Notes: generated from the sequence alone by a model not told the origin. A DNA stretch of 64,000 nt from Flavobacterium sp. (GCF_043773265.1 NZ_JAYVFH010000227.1:2626-66625), one strand, 5' to 3'. Shown: positions 9,210 through 20,512, numbered from the stretch's first letter. A program made the numbers and translations.

Positions 9210-11819
9210 TCAATTAAGAATTTCAACTTCGGTTTGATTTCTAAAAACCAATTCACCATTGAAACTATCTAGCAAAATAATACTATCTGTTCCTACTTTT
9301 CCGGCCAAAATTTCTTTAGAAAGTTGGTTTAAAACTTCACGCTGAATAACACGTTTTACAGGTCGCGCACCAAATTGAGGATCAAAACCTTTCTCAGCAA
9401 GATATTGAATTGCTTCTGGAGTTGCATCCATTGTAATGTTTTGTTGTGCCAACATTTTGATTACATTTTTCAATTGTAAACCAACAATTTTATTAATATT
9501 GGCTGTGGTTAATGGCGTAAACATTACAATTTCGTCTATTCTGTTTATAAATTCTGGTCGAACAGTTTGTTTTAATAATCCAAGAACTTCAATTTTGGCT
9601 GCTTCAGTTGCGGCTTCGACACTTCCTTTTAAATTTTCAAATTTTTCTTGAATAATAGCACTTCCCATATTGGAAGTCATAATAATTATGGTGTTTTTAA
9701 AATCGGCTAATCGTCCTTTATTGTCGGTCAATCTTCCTTCGTCTAGCACTTGTAACAAAATATTAAAAGTATCTGGATGTGCTTTTTCAATTTCGTCTAG
9801 TAAAATTACAGAATAAGGTTTTCTACGAACAGCTTCGGTTAATTGTCCGCCTTCGTCATAACCAACGTATCCTGGTGGCGCACCAACTAAACGGCTTACG
9901 CTATGTCGTTCTTGATATTCGCTCATATCAATTCTTGTTAATGAATTTTCATCGTCAAATAAATATTCGGCAAGTGCTTTGGCCAATTCTGTTTTTCCAA
10001 CTCCAGTTGTTCCTAGAAATAAAAACGTACCAATTGGTTTTTTCATGTCTTGTAATCCTGCGCGACTTCTTCTAACAGCATCGCTTACAGCTTCAATTGC
10101 TTCTTCTTGACCTACAACTCGTTGGTGCAATTCATCTTCTAGTTTTAATAGTTTTTCACGTTCACTTTGAAGCATTTTTGTTATCGGAATTCCGGTCCAT
10201 TTTGCTACAACTTCGGCAATATCATCTCTAGTAACTTCTTCTTTTATTAGCGTTGTTCCATCTTGATTTTCTTGCAATTGTTTTTGTAAAACATTTAAAT
10301 TTTCTTGTACATCTTTTATTTTACCGTAACGCAGTTCGGCTACTTTTCCATAATCGCCATCGCGTTCTGCACGTTCTGCTTCGGCTTTAAAATCTTCAAT
10401 TTCTTGTTTTATATTTTGAATGTTATCTACAACGTCTTTTTCTGATTTCCATTTGGTAAAAATTTCGTTTCTATCTTCTTTTAAATTGGCTAAATCCATT
10501 GAAAGACTTTTTAATTTACTTGCATCATTTTCTCTTTTTATGGCTTCCATTTCAATTTCCAACTGCATTATTTTTCTATCTAGAACATCTAATTCTTCTG
10601 GTTTAGAATTTATTTCCATTCGCAATTTTGATGCAGCTTCATCAATTAAATCAATAGCTTTATCTGGTAAAAAACGATTGGTAATATAACGTTGCGATAA
10701 TTCTACGGCAGCAATAATGGCATCATCTTTAATTCTAACTTTATGATGGGTTTCATATTTTTCTTTTATTCCACGAAGAATAGAAATAGCACTTTCGGTA
10801 TCTGGTTCATCAACAACAATTTTTTGAAAACGTCGTTCTAGTGCTTTGTCTTTTTCAAAATATTTTTGATATTCGTCTAATGTCGTTGCACCAATAGCAC
10901 GAAGTTCGCCACGAGCCAAAGCAGGTTTTAAAATATTGGCTGCATCCATTGCGCCTTCACCGCCACCAGCACCAACTAATGTGTGAATTTCATCAATAAA
11001 AAGAACAATGTCTCCATCAGATGATGTGACTTCTTTTACAACTGCTTTTAATCGTTCTTCAAATTCTCCTTTGTATTTTGCACCAGCAATTAAAGAACCC
11101 ATATCTAGTGAAAAAATAATTTTATCTTTTAAATTTTCAGGTACATCGCCATCTACAATTCTGTGTGCTAAACCTTCGGCAATGGCAGTTTTTCCAACTC
11201 CAGGTTCACCAACAAGTAAAGGATTATTCTTAGTTCTTCTGGTTAATATTTGTAAAACTCTACGAATTTCTTCATCTCTTCCAATAACTGGATCAAGTTT
11301 TCCTGTTCTAGCTAATTCATTTAAGTTTTTGGCATATTTATTCAAAGCATTATAAGTTTCTTCGGCAGATGCAGAGGTTACTCTTTCACCTTTTCTAATT
11401 TCTTTAATAGCTGCTTGCAATGCTTTTTCGGTTACACCTTGATCTTTTAAAATTTGGGCTACTTTACTTTTAGATTTAAAAATTGCTAGTAGCAAATGTT
11501 CTATTGAAACATACTCATCGTTCATTTTCTTGGCAATGATGTTGGCTTCGGTTAATGCAGTATTTGCATCTCTAGAGAGCATAATTTCGCCACCAGAAAC
11601 TTTTGGAAAACTTTGAATTGTGCTGTCTAAAATCTTTTTAAACAAATCGATATTTACGTTAAGTTTGTTTAATATAAAAGGCGTTACGTTTTCATCAACT
11701 TCTAGAATTCCTTTAAAAATATGTTCGTTTTCTAGTTGTTGTTGACCATAACTTTGCGCAATTTGCTGTGCTTGTTGCAATGCTTCTTGCGACTTAATTG
11801 TTAAGTTATTAAAGTTCAT
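9210..11819 (-). CDS. clpB: ATP-dependent chaperone ClpB
   Basis: Two AAA+ modules ([16 protein letters not shown]), coiled-coil middle domain, 869 aa. Confidence 0.98.
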   Translation of the reverse strand: MNFNNLTIKSQEALQQAQQIAQSYGQQQLENEHIFKGILEVDENVTPFILNKLNVNIDLFKKILDSTIQSFPKVSGGEIMLSRDANTALTEANIIAKKMNDEYVSIEHLLLAIFKSKSKVAQILKDQGVTEKALQAAIKEIRKGERVTSASAEETYNALNKYAKNLNELARTGKLDPVIGRDEEIRRVLQILTRRTKNNPLLVGEPGVGKTAIAEGLAHRIVDGDVPENLKDKIIFSLDMGSLIAGAKYKGEFEERLKAVVKEVTSSDGDIVLFIDEIHTLVGAGGGEGAMDAANILKPALARGELRAIGATTLDEYQKYFEKDKALERRFQKIVVDEPDTESAISILRGIKEKYETHHKVRIKDDAIIAAVELSQRYITNRFLPDKAIDLIDEAASKLRMEINSKPEELDVLDRKIMQLEIEMEAIKRENDASKLKSLSMDLANLKEDRNEIFTKWKSEKDVVDNIQNIKQEIEDFKAEAERAERDGDYGKVAELRYGKIKDVQENLNVLQKQLQENQDGTTLIKEEVTRDDIAEVVAKWTGIPITKMLQSEREKLLKLEDELHQRVVGQEEAIEAVSDAVRRSRAGLQDMKKPIGTFLFLGTTGVGKTELAKALAEYLFDDENSLTRIDMSEYQERHSVSRLVGAPPGYVGYDEGGQLTEAVRRKPYSVILLDEIEKAHPDTFNILLQVLDEGRLTDNKGRLADFKNTIIIMTSNMGSAIIQEKFENLKGSVEAATEAAKIEVLGLLKQTVRPEFINRIDEIVMFTPLTTANINKIVGLQLKNVIKMLAQQNITMDATPEAIQYLAEKGFDPQFGARPVKRVIQREVLNQLSKEILAGKVGTDSIILLDSFNGELVFRNQTEVEILN

Positions 11820-11856
11820 ATATTTTTATTTTTGTGTAGTTATTGTTTTATAGATT

Positions 11857-11940
11857 AGTCAATTTATATTCCAATACTAGTTTCAAGACAAAATGACTGA
11901 ATTATTGCTTAAAATAGTATTAAATTTACGACAAAAAGTC
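11857..11940 (-). promoter_or_regulatory. Putative sigma54-type promoter and upstream GACA-N3-TGTC-like sites for clpB
   Basis: Minus strand TGGAAT-ATAAA-TTGAC (GG-N10-GA; 11873-11858); GACAaaaTGAC 11887-11897; GACAaaaAGTC 11930-11940. Confidence 0.45.
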
Positions 11941-12090
11941 GGTTTGTATGCCAAATTCTCAATTTGTTTCACAATAAATTAAAAACTAAATAGTTAAAAT
12001 ATTTTATAATTAGAATTTTAAATAGCCATAATTTAAAAAAAGATGCTGTAATTTTACAAAATCAATTGAATGTAATTAGTAAAAAATAAA

Positions 12091-12477
12091 ATGAGTTTAT
12101 TTAAAAATATATTTGGATCATCAGACGAAAGTGAAAATTCTTCAAAAATGTCTTGGACACAACTAACAGATTTAGGACAATTGAATGAAATTATAGACTT
12201 ATCTACAACAAAACCTGTACTAATTTTCAAACACAGTACACGTTGTAGCATAAGCAGAATGGCTTTAAAACAATTTGAAAACGAATTTGATTTGGAAGAA
12301 AAAGTAACTCCATATTTTCTAGATTTATTAGAAAACAGAAGTATTTCCAATGAAATTGCAACTCGATTTGATGTTGAACATCAATCGCCACAACTCATTC
12401 TAATTAAAGATGGTAAAGCAATTTACAATGTTTCTCACAGCGATATTCAAGTAGATGATTTGCGAACTAAACTTTAA
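12091..12477 (+). CDS. ytxJ: Thioredoxin-fold YtxJ family protein
   Basis: IFKHSTRCSIS and HQSPQ motifs. Confidence 0.88.
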   Translation: MSLFKNIFGSSDESENSSKMSWTQLTDLGQLNEIIDLSTTKPVLIFKHSTRCSISRMALKQFENEFDLEEKVTPYFLDLLENRSISNEIATRFDVEHQSPQLILIKDGKAIYNVSHSDIQVDDLRTKL

Positions 12478-12484
12478 TTTTTTT

Positions 12485-13591
12485 ATGAAAAAACCGTTAC
12501 TTTTAGTTTCAATTTTGGCTTTATTTTTTGGTAGTTGCTCTTCAAATAAAAACTATTCTTTTCTCGTTGGAACTTACACTGATAATGCTTCGCAAGGAAT
12601 AAATTTAATTAATTTTGATTCAAAAACTAATTCAGTTGTTTTAGAAAAAGTAATTACAGGAGTTGAAAACCCATCGTTTGTAATTGCAAATAAATCTAAA
12701 ACAATTGTTGTTACAGTTGAAGAAACAGCAAGTAATGATGGCGGAAAAGTAACTTCATTTTCGTATGATAAATCTAGTAAAGCATTCACTAAAATAAATT
12801 CTTTTTTCACTAAAGGAAATCATCCTTGTACAGTTGCATTTAGCAAAAATGAAAATTTTGTTTTGGTTGGAAATTATTCTGGCGGAAATTTAAGTGTTTT
12901 TCCAATTGATAAATTCGGCAATTTATCTGAAAATAATCAACTAATTCAATACGAAGGAAAAAGTGTAAATGTTGATAGACAAGAAAAACCACATGTTCAT
13001 TCGGTAGTTTTTCATCCTACAGAAAATAAAATTTTTGTAACCGATTTGGGTAGAGATGTTATAGAAATTATACCATTTGATGAAAATTCTAAAACTTTTT
13101 TACAAGATAAAAATACTAAAACTATAGAAGTACCAAAAGCAAATGGACCAAGACATTTAGTTTTTAACAAAGCAGGAACAAAAGCATTTGTAACTTTTGA
13201 ATTGACTAATCAAATAGGCGTTTTTGAATATAAAAACTATAAACTTTCATTGATTCAAACCATTAATTTAACTGATGATAAAACAAAAAGTGGTTCAGCT
13301 GCGGAAGTTAAATTGAGTAAAGATAAAAAATTCTTGTATGCATCTGTAAGAGGAAACGATAATTTTATTGCTGTTTTACAGTTGGAAAATGAAACAAAAG
13401 TCATTCAAAAAATACCTACAGGAAAATCGCCAAGAAATTTTATTTTAACCAATAATGATAAAACGGTTTTGGTTGCAAGTCAACTTTCCAATACAGTTTG
13501 TGTTTATGATAGAGATATAAAAACTGGTTTATTAACGCCAACGTCTAATGAAATTTTGGTTAATAAACCAGTTTATTTTTGTGATTTTTAA
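12485..13591 (+). CDS. Lactonase family protein (6-phosphogluconolactonase-like), lipoprotein
   Basis: VGTYT, NPSF, GNYSGG, RQEKPHVHS, GPRHLVF, PRNF; lipobox FGSC; start 12485. Confidence 0.9.
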   Translation: MKKPLLLVSILALFFGSCSSNKNYSFLVGTYTDNASQGINLINFDSKTNSVVLEKVITGVENPSFVIANKSKTIVVTVEETASNDGGKVTSFSYDKSSKAFTKINSFFTKGNHPCTVAFSKNENFVLVGNYSGGNLSVFPIDKFGNLSENNQLIQYEGKSVNVDRQEKPHVHSVVFHPTENKIFVTDLGRDVIEIIPFDENSKTFLQDKNTKTIEVPKANGPRHLVFNKAGTKAFVTFELTNQIGVFEYKNYKLSLIQTINLTDDKTKSGSAAEVKLSKDKKFLYASVRGNDNFIAVLQLENETKVIQKIPTGKSPRNFILTNNDKTVLVASQLSNTVCVYDRDIKTGLLTPTSNEILVNKPVYFCDF

Positions 13592-13890
13592 AGTGTTACG
13601 GATAAATTTAATCTACCACCAAGACCAACTTCTATAATTCTTTGTAATGTTGAAAGTCTTACGTCTTTAACATTATTTTCAACTTTTGAAATATATGATT
13701 TGTTTGTTCCGCATTTTATAGCAAGTTGTTCTTGTGTTAAACCTTTTTCAATTCTTGCATCGTGAACAAGTGCACCTAATTTAAAATTTTCATATCCTTC
13801 TTCAAATTCAGTTCTTTTTTCTGTACCGATTTCTCCAAATTCATCATTTATTATTTCACTTAGCGTTTTTGTATTTTTATTTGTTTTCAT
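13588..13890 (-). CDS. XRE HTH antitoxin (HigA-like)
   Basis: GLTQEQLAIKCGTNKSYISKVEN; start overlaps the 3' end of the upstream toxin frame. Confidence 0.88.
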   Translation of the reverse strand: MKTNKNTKTLSEIINDEFGEIGTEKRTEFEEGYENFKLGALVHDARIEKGLTQEQLAIKCGTNKSYISKVENNVKDVRLSTLQRIIEVGLGGRLNLSVTL

Positions 13891-14222
13891 AATAATCCTT
13901 TTTAATTTTTAATGCTTTTACTATTTCTTTTTTAGGCGTTTTTTGAGTTTTTTTTGAAACCCATTCGCTAAAACAATTAATTTACCTTCATCAAAAAAAC
14001 AAAAAATTCTAAAAATATCACTTCCTTGTTGTATTCTTACTTCGTATAATCCATCAGTTTCTTCAATATGTTTTAAATAAGTTTCTGGAACTTGTTTAAT
14101 TTCTTCAATTAACTTTAGAGTCCAAGCTATTTTTAATTTAACTTTTGATTTTGAGAAGCTAAAAAATCATTAAAATAATTTTTATATGAAATTACTGTTC
14201 GAAAAGTAATTCTTTTTTCCAT
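13877..14222 (-). pseudogene. RelE/ParE (HigB-like) toxin with two single-base frameshifts; absent from the ORF track
   Basis: Joined frames read MEKRITFRTVISYKNYFNDFLASQNQKVKLKIAWTLKLIEEIKQVPETYLKHIEETDGLYEVRIQQGSDIFRIFCFFDEGKLIVLANGFQKKTQKTPKKEIVKALKIKKDYYENK (115 aa); one base missing in each of T-runs 14143-14146 and 13948-13955. Confidence 0.85.
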
Positions 14223-14226
14223 AGTG

Positions 14227-14258
14227 CAAATTTACAAAAGTTGTCCAAATAGACAACT
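14227..14258 (-). promoter_or_regulatory. TA operon -7 box and operator palindrome
   Basis: TAAATTTG (minus, 14227-14234); AGTTGTC-N6-GACAACT 14239-14258. Confidence 0.65.
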
Positions 14259-14282
14259 AATATTGCGTTTTTTTTAAAATTC

Positions 14283-15470
14283 TTACCTTCTAAACTTATT
14301 ACGAACAATAATATCCTTCAATTTAGTTTTTAAATCTTCGCCAGAGTCATAAACCATCTGCTCATTGCTTGGAAAAGGAACTGCTCTTCTATCAAAATTT
14401 GGATAATACGTTTCTTCACAAGCACGTTTATCGCCTGTATATTTTGAATAAATATGTTCAAAAACAAATTCACTAGCTAACGGAAAAGTTTCTATTAATT
14501 GATTGTTATTGAAATTTATATAATCAATTTTGGCAACAACTTGTGTCGATTTCAATTGTCTAAATTCATATATTGATGCTCTTATGGTTTTAAAATTATC
14601 AACCATAATTACATGACCTAAACTGTCTTTAACTTGTTGTCCTTGAGCATTAAGTAAAGGTTTAGTTCCGTCTTTTATTTGTTTTTCTTTTACAAATTCT
14701 TTTTCTTTTATTTGCTCTGGCGAAATATCAATTTGTCTAAAATTAACAATTAATCCATAATCATAAGTAATTTCTTTTTGACGATTACTATGATAAACAG
14801 TCCATTTATCGTTCAAACCAAAAGTGCTAAAATCTAATAAATCATTTTGCAAACGAATAGGAATTACCATGTTGGTTTCGTTTTTTGTATAAACATTTAC
14901 AAAATCTGTTCCTTTAAACTTAGCTTCGTCTATTAATTTTTTAGTGTCTTTGTAATCTGAATTTAATTGTGATAAATAAATAAAATCATCATAGGCACGA
15001 CGAATACTCATTTTATCTTTAGAACCCAATAACGCTTTAGAATTATCATATAAATATTTAACAAGTGCATTTTTACTACTTATAATTTGATCAGAATAAT
15101 CATCAAACGGAAAAGTTGCATTGCGACCTTCTTTTAATAATTTCAAAGGTAATAACGGTTTAATTTTGTCTTGGCGACTGTTCAATTGTTGATAGGTATT
15201 GAAAATTTTTTCTAAATTACTTGGGTTAGCGTCTTTAAACCAAGAAGCAATATTACTTTGATCTCTTTCTTTGGCTTTTGCAAATGCTTCTTCTAGAAGA
15301 TATACGTAATCTTGTTTTCCTTTGGCATCTTTTCTGTTTTTTAAACTTTCTACAGCGTTGTTAATTGCATCATCATAATCACCATTAGATAAAGATTCTC
15401 TAGTTTGTCGAACTCCACATGAAGTTAAAATAATAAAAAATGATAAGAATAAAGTAATTTTAAAATTCAT
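14283..15470 (-). CDS. Hypothetical lipoprotein
   Basis: Start moved to 15470 (MNFKITLFLSFFIILTSC lipobox). Confidence 0.8.
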   Translation of the reverse strand: MNFKITLFLSFFIILTSCGVRQTRESLSNGDYDDAINNAVESLKNRKDAKGKQDYVYLLEEAFAKAKERDQSNIASWFKDANPSNLEKIFNTYQQLNSRQDKIKPLLPLKLLKEGRNATFPFDDYSDQIISSKNALVKYLYDNSKALLGSKDKMSIRRAYDDFIYLSQLNSDYKDTKKLIDEAKFKGTDFVNVYTKNETNMVIPIRLQNDLLDFSTFGLNDKWTVYHSNRQKEITYDYGLIVNFRQIDISPEQIKEKEFVKEKQIKDGTKPLLNAQGQQVKDSLGHVIMVDNFKTIRASIYEFRQLKSTQVVAKIDYINFNNNQLIETFPLASEFVFEHIYSKYTGDKRACEETYYPNFDRRAVPFPSNEQMVYDSGEDLKTKLKDIIVRNKFRR

Positions 15471-15543
15471 AGTTAATATTTTTGGATTAATAATTTGAAA
15501 ATATTTTTTAAAATTGGTTAAAATAATTAAATTTTCAAGGAAT

Positions 15544-16827
15544 TTATTTTCTAACAAAAGTTGGTAATAACTTACTAGAAACTTCTCCAAAACCTATTCT
15601 TACCGAACTGTTTTGACAATATCCTTTCATAGTAACCGTGTCGTTATCATTAATAAATTTACGTTCTGTACCATCTTTCATTATTAATGGGTTTTTTCCG
15701 CTCCAAGTTAATTCTAACATTGATCCATAACTATCTTCTGTTGGTCCAGAAATGGTTCCAGAACCCATCATATCGCCAGAATTTACTCTGCAACCGTTAG
15801 AAGTATGATGTGCTAATTGTTGTGACATTGACCAATACATATATTTAAAATTTGATTTAGAAACCAAACTTGCTTCTACATTTTCTGGCTGAATGTAAAC
15901 TTCTAAATTTATATCATAAGCATGTTTTCCGTTGTGTTGCAAATAGGGAAGTGGAGTTGGTTCTTGTATTGGACCTTTAATTCTAAATGGTTCAAGAGCA
16001 TCCATTGTAACAATCCAAGGTGAAATTGATGAAGCAAAATTTTTGGCTAAAAATGGTCCAAGTGGTACATATTCCCATTTTTGAATGTCTCTTGCGCTCC
16101 AATCGTTTAATAAAACCATTCCAAAAATATAATCTTCAACTTCGCTAATTGGCACATTTTCACCCATTACATTTACATCTGTCGTAATAAAAGCAGTTTC
16201 TAATTCGAAATCTACTAATCGTGAAGGACCAAAAACTGGAGTGCTTTCGCCATTTGGTAACGTTTGTCCCATTGGTCTATGAACCGGAATTCCAGATGGA
16301 ACTATTGTAGAACTTCTTCCATGATAACCTACAGGAATATGAAGCCAGTTTGGTAAAAGAGCGTTTTCTGGATCACGAAACATTTTTCCAACATTGGTTG
16401 CGTGCTCTTTACTTGAATAAAAATCGGTGTAATCGCCAATTAAAACAGGAAGTTGCATTTCTACATCTTCCATTTTAAAAATAATTATTTCTCTATGCTC
16501 TGCATTATCTCTTAATTCAGGATTTTCGGCATCAAAAATATCTCCTAATCTATTTCTTACCAATCGCCAAGTTTTTTTTCCATCAGATATAAAATCATTT
16601 AACGTGTCTTGCATAAACATATCATCAGTAAGTTCGATACCTTCAAAGTAGTTTAATTGTTGCAAAGCACCCATATCTATTGCAAAATCTCCAATTCTTG
16701 TTCCAATTGTGATTACATCTTCTTTGGTAATAAAAACTCCAAAAGGAATATTTTGAATAGGAAAATCGCATGACTCGGTTACATTTAACCAAGTTTTTCT
16801 ATCTGGATTGTTGGCAATATTTGGCAT
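15544..16827 (-). CDS. fahA: Fumarylacetoacetase
   Basis: DFPIQNIPFG, DYTDFYSS, YHGRSS, NDWSARDIQKWEYVPLGPF, GSGTISG. Confidence 0.96.
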   Translation of the reverse strand: MPNIANNPDRKTWLNVTESCDFPIQNIPFGVFITKEDVITIGTRIGDFAIDMGALQQLNYFEGIELTDDMFMQDTLNDFISDGKKTWRLVRNRLGDIFDAENPELRDNAEHREIIIFKMEDVEMQLPVLIGDYTDFYSSKEHATNVGKMFRDPENALLPNWLHIPVGYHGRSSTIVPSGIPVHRPMGQTLPNGESTPVFGPSRLVDFELETAFITTDVNVMGENVPISEVEDYIFGMVLLNDWSARDIQKWEYVPLGPFLAKNFASSISPWIVTMDALEPFRIKGPIQEPTPLPYLQHNGKHAYDINLEVYIQPENVEASLVSKSNFKYMYWSMSQQLAHHTSNGCRVNSGDMMGSGTISGPTEDSYGSMLELTWSGKNPLIMKDGTERKFINDNDTVTMKGYCQNSSVRIGFGEVSSKLLPTFVRK

Positions 16828-16938
16828 AGTAGTGTGTTAGTTTATTGTTGAAAAAAATGTAATCAAATATATCATTTTGAATTTATTTCACAAACATATT
16901 TTGTAAATTTGGAAAGTTTTTAACGAAAATCTAATAAA

Positions 16939-18213
16939 ATGCAACGCGACGAACAAATTTTTGACCTAATTCTAGACGAACAAGAAAGACAAATAGAAGG
17001 AATTGAGCTTATTGCCTCAGAAAATTTTGTAAGCGACCAAGTTATGGAAGCTGCAGGTTCTTGTTTAACCAATAAATATGCCGAAGGATATCCAGGAAAA
17101 CGTTATTATGGTGGCTGTGAAGTTGTAGATATTGTAGAACAAATTGCAATTGATAGAGCCAAAGCACTGTTTGGTGCTCAATATGCCAATGTTCAACCAC
17201 ATTCTGGTTCGCAGGCAAATACTGCGGTTTATCACGCTTGTTTAAAAGTTGGCGATAAAATTTTAGGTTTTGATTTATCTCATGGCGGACATTTAACTCA
17301 TGGTTCTCCAGTAAATTTTTCTGGAAGATTATACAATCCTGTTTTTTATGGAGTTGAAAAAGAAACTGGAAGATTTGATTATGATAAAATTCAAGAAATT
17401 GCAACTCGAGAACAACCAAAAATGATTATTGCTGGTGCATCTGCGTACTGTCGTGATATGGATTTTGAACGTTTTAGAAAAATTGCCGATTCGGTAAACG
17501 CTATTTTACTTGCTGATATTTCTCATCCTGCGGGTTTAATTGCTAAGGGATTGATGAATGATCCAATTCCGCATTGTCATATTGTTACAACAACAACACA
17601 CAAAACCTTGCGTGGTCCTCGTGGTGGATTAATAATGATGGGAAAAGATTTTGAAAATCCGTTTGGATTAACAACTCCAAAAGGAGAAATCAGAATGATG
17701 TCTTCTCTTTTAGATTTGGCAGTTTTTCCAGGAAATCAAGGTGGACCATTAATGCACATTATTGCTGCAAAAGCTGTAGCATTTGGCGAATGTTTAACCG
17801 ATGAGTTTTTTAGATATTCAATGCAAGTTCAAAAAAATGCTAAAGCAATGGCTGCAGCTTTTATGAAACGTGGTTACGATTTAATTTCTGGAGGAACAGA
17901 CAATCATATGATGTTGATTGACTTAAGAAATAAAAATATTACTGGTAAAGAAGCAGAAAATGCTTTAGTAAAAGCAGAAATTACTGTAAATAAAAATATG
18001 GTTCCATTTGACGATAAGTCACCATTTGTAACTTCTGGAATTCGTATTGGAACACCAGCAATTACAACTCGTGGTTTGCTAGAAGATGATATGGAAACTA
18101 TTGTAGAATTTATAGACAGAGTTTTAATGAATCATACTAATGAAGCTGTAATTGAACAAGTTGCTGATGAAGTAAACGAAATGATGAGCGAAAGAGCAAT
18201 GTTTGTATTTTAA
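16939..18213 (+). CDS. glyA: Serine hydroxymethyltransferase
   Basis: [35 protein letters not shown]. Confidence 0.99.
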   Translation: MQRDEQIFDLILDEQERQIEGIELIASENFVSDQVMEAAGSCLTNKYAEGYPGKRYYGGCEVVDIVEQIAIDRAKALFGAQYANVQPHSGSQANTAVYHACLKVGDKILGFDLSHGGHLTHGSPVNFSGRLYNPVFYGVEKETGRFDYDKIQEIATREQPKMIIAGASAYCRDMDFERFRKIADSVNAILLADISHPAGLIAKGLMNDPIPHCHIVTTTTHKTLRGPRGGLIMMGKDFENPFGLTTPKGEIRMMSSLLDLAVFPGNQGGPLMHIIAAKAVAFGECLTDEFFRYSMQVQKNAKAMAAAFMKRGYDLISGGTDNHMMLIDLRNKNITGKEAENALVKAEITVNKNMVPFDDKSPFVTSGIRIGTPAITTRGLLEDDMETIVEFIDRVLMNHTNEAVIEQVADEVNEMMSERAMFVF

Positions 18214-18236
18214 TACTATCAAGAAGAATAATAATG

Positions 18237-18270
18237 AAAAACTCTAAAACAAATAGTTTTAGAGTTTTTT
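18237..18270. terminator. Bidirectional intrinsic terminator
   Basis: AAAAACTCTAAAAC-aaata-GTTTTAGAGTTTTT. Confidence 0.8.
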
Positions 18271-18765
18271 TTATTTATGACTTACTGGAATTTCCTTAGT
18301 AGAAATTGCCGAAACTTTTCCGTCAGAATTAATAGTTACATATAATTCACGCTCAAAATATTTTTTTTCGTAAGCGATTTTATATATAAAATTGTATGAA
18401 TCGGTTTCTGTATCATGAATTACTTCAATTAGATTTAAATCAATAAATTTTCCGTTTCTAGCATTGATTTTTTGACATGTTTTTGAAATTTTTTCAACAG
18501 TTGCATTTAAAATTACTTTTTCTGTAGCTTCTTCTTTAGAAAATGCTTTAAACTTTGATGTATTGCAGGTTTCTAATAATCGTTTGCCTAAATTGTATGC
18601 TCTATTTCTGTCTAAAGTATTTACTTCTGCAAATTTCATTTTTACATAGCGAAGTTTTACAACGACAACTTCTGGTTTTTTTACTTCTTCTATTTTTGGA
18701 ACAACAGGTTGCTTGCTTTTGCAAGAAGCTAACAAAATTATGAAGATGTAAATATATTTTTTCAT
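18271..18765 (-). CDS. Hypothetical lipoprotein
   Basis: MKKYIYIFIILLASC lipobox; 164 aa ORF. Confidence 0.75.
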   Translation of the reverse strand: MKKYIYIFIILLASCKSKQPVVPKIEEVKKPEVVVVKLRYVKMKFAEVNTLDRNRAYNLGKRLLETCNTSKFKAFSKEEATEKVILNATVEKISKTCQKINARNGKFIDLNLIEVIHDTETDSYNFIYKIAYEKKYFERELYVTINSDGKVSAISTKEIPVSHK

Positions 18766-18859
18766 AGCAATTTGTAGTATTATAATAACTTAAAAAAAGG
18801 TATTATAGTATATAACGAGAACATTATTTAATTATTTGTTCAAATAAGTTTAAAATTTT

Positions 18860-18910
18860 CCACAGATTTGTAGATTTATATAATTATTTAAAAAATCTGT
18901 GAATCTGAGG
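18860..18910. repeat. CACAGATT...AATCTGTG palindromic intergenic repeat, copy 1
   Basis: ccacagatttgtagattt...aaatctgtgaatctgagg; same core as 31810-31858. Confidence 0.6.
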
Positions 18911-19000
18911 TTAAAAACAATATATTAATTGATAAAATGAAATAGAAAAAGTATAATTAAATCCAAACTAATTATTAATTTTGAAAATAAAAAAGCGAAA

Positions 19001-19762
19001 ATGAAAATTGTAATCTCACCAGCCAAATCCCTTGATTTTGAAAGCCAATTGCCTGTCGAATTATATTCAGAATACAACTTTACAAAGCAATCTGTATCAA
19101 TTGATAAGGTATTAAAGAGAAAAAAACCTAAGCAGTTAATGCAATTAATGAGTATTTCAGATAAATTGGCTGATTTAAACTGGCAACGTAATCAAGAACG
19201 TGATGTTGCAAACTTATCGATAGAAAATTCGCGTCCTGCAATTTTTGCTTTTAATGGCGATGTATATCTTGGTTTAGATGCTTATTCCTTATCTGAGGAA
19301 AAAATAAAAGTAGTACAAGAAAAATTAAGAATTTTATCTGGATTGTATGGATTATTAAAACCATTAGATTTAATTCAACCATATCGATTAGAAATGGGTA
19401 CAAAATTATCAATAGGAAAGAATAAAAACCTTTATGAATTTTGGAAATCTACTGTTACTAAAGAATTAAATTCCCAATTAAAAAAAGATGAATTATTTAT
19501 AAATTTAGCAAGTAATGAATATTTTGAAGCAGTTGATATTAAAAAATTAAAGGCAAAAATAATCACTCCAGAATTCAAAGATTATAAAGATGGAAAACTA
19601 AAAATGATAAGTTTTTTTGCCAAAAAAGCTAGAGGAATGATGGTTAGATATATTATTGATACTAATGCTGAAACTATTGATGAGTTGAAAGGTTTTAACT
19701 ATGAAGGTTATGCTTTTGATGCTAATTTAAGTAAAGAAAATAAATTGGTTTTTACAAGATGA
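19001..19762 (+). CDS. yaaA: Peroxide stress protein YaaA
   Basis: ISPAKSLD, ILSGLYGLL, YRLEMG, INLASNEY, AKKARGMM. Confidence 0.95.
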   Translation: MKIVISPAKSLDFESQLPVELYSEYNFTKQSVSIDKVLKRKKPKQLMQLMSISDKLADLNWQRNQERDVANLSIENSRPAIFAFNGDVYLGLDAYSLSEEKIKVVQEKLRILSGLYGLLKPLDLIQPYRLEMGTKLSIGKNKNLYEFWKSTVTKELNSQLKKDELFINLASNEYFEAVDIKKLKAKIITPEFKDYKDGKLKMISFFAKKARGMMVRYIIDTNAETIDELKGFNYEGYAFDANLSKENKLVFTR

Positions 19763-19895
19763 TTTTCTTAAAAATTTATTTTTTTTATTTAAAATATTCA
19801 ATATAGTAAAAATCTATAGTTGCTATTTAAACAATTATTATTCAATAAATTATATAATATTACATAAATAATTACTTAATATAAAATAGACTTTC

Positions 19896-20465
19896 TTATT
19901 CATTAATCCAATTAGATAAAATTTCTTTTCCAAATGGTGTTAAAATACTTTCTGGATGAAATTGAAGTCCTTTTACATTATATAATTTGTGTCTAATTGA
20001 CATTATTTCGCCAGTAATTAATTGTGATGTAATTTCTAAATCTTCAGGAAAATTTATTGAATTTATTACCCAAGAATGATACCTACCAACTTCAAATTGT
20101 TGAGGCAAATTTTTAAACATTATTTCGTCATTTACTAGTACAGAAATTGTTGTTGCAATACCATGATGTACTTTTTCTAAATTTAAAAGTGTTCCTCCAA
20201 AAACTTCTCCTATTGCTTGTTGACCAAGACAAATTCCTAATATTTTTTTTGTTGAAGCATAACGTTTAATTACTTCATTTAATAATCCAGCTTCTGATGG
20301 AATTCCAGCTCCAGGAGAAAGTATTATTGTTTGAAAATTTTCTATTTCTTCTATTTCAAATTCATCGTTTCTAAAAACTACAACTTCACAATTTAGTTCT
20401 TCTAAATAATGAACCAAATTGTAGGTAAAACTGTCGTAATTGTCAATAACTAGTACTTTTTTCAT
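19896..20465 (-). CDS. trpG: Anthranilate/aminodeoxychorismate synthase component II (glutamine amidotransferase)
   Basis: IDNYDSFTYNL, ILSPG, LGICLG, RYHS, QFHPES; start 20465. Confidence 0.9.
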   Translation of the reverse strand: MKKVLVIDNYDSFTYNLVHYLEELNCEVVVFRNDEFEIEEIENFQTIILSPGAGIPSEAGLLNEVIKRYASTKKILGICLGQQAIGEVFGGTLLNLEKVHHGIATTISVLVNDEIMFKNLPQQFEVGRYHSWVINSINFPEDLEITSQLITGEIMSIRHKLYNVKGLQFHPESILTPFGKEILSNWINE

Positions 20466-20482
20466 AAAGCAAATAAACAAAA

Positions 20483-20512
20483 AAAACCTTAAAGATTTCG
20501 CTCTAAGGTTTT
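20483..20512 (-). terminator. Hairpin between yceI and trpG
   Basis: AAAACCTTA-N12-TAAGGTTTT with a T-run on the minus strand. Confidence 0.55.

Noticed and set aside
9436-11355. Plus-strand ORFs antisense to clpB, and similar ones opposite ftsH, mnmE, dnaN and gldF
   Set aside because: Typical antisense shadow frames of conserved genes, with no motifs.
14283-15590. Extended N-termini in the ORF track (also 3363, 12455, 20480, 22273, 26295, 26341, 38341, 41838, 48885, 53780, 54912)
   Set aside because: They overlap neighbouring genes, promoters or terminators; downstream ATGs give proper signal peptides or family starts.
18256-18264. GTTTTAGAG, resembling the start of a Cas9-type CRISPR repeat
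   Set aside because: It is one arm of a terminator hairpin; I saw no repeat-spacer array or cas genes in the window.
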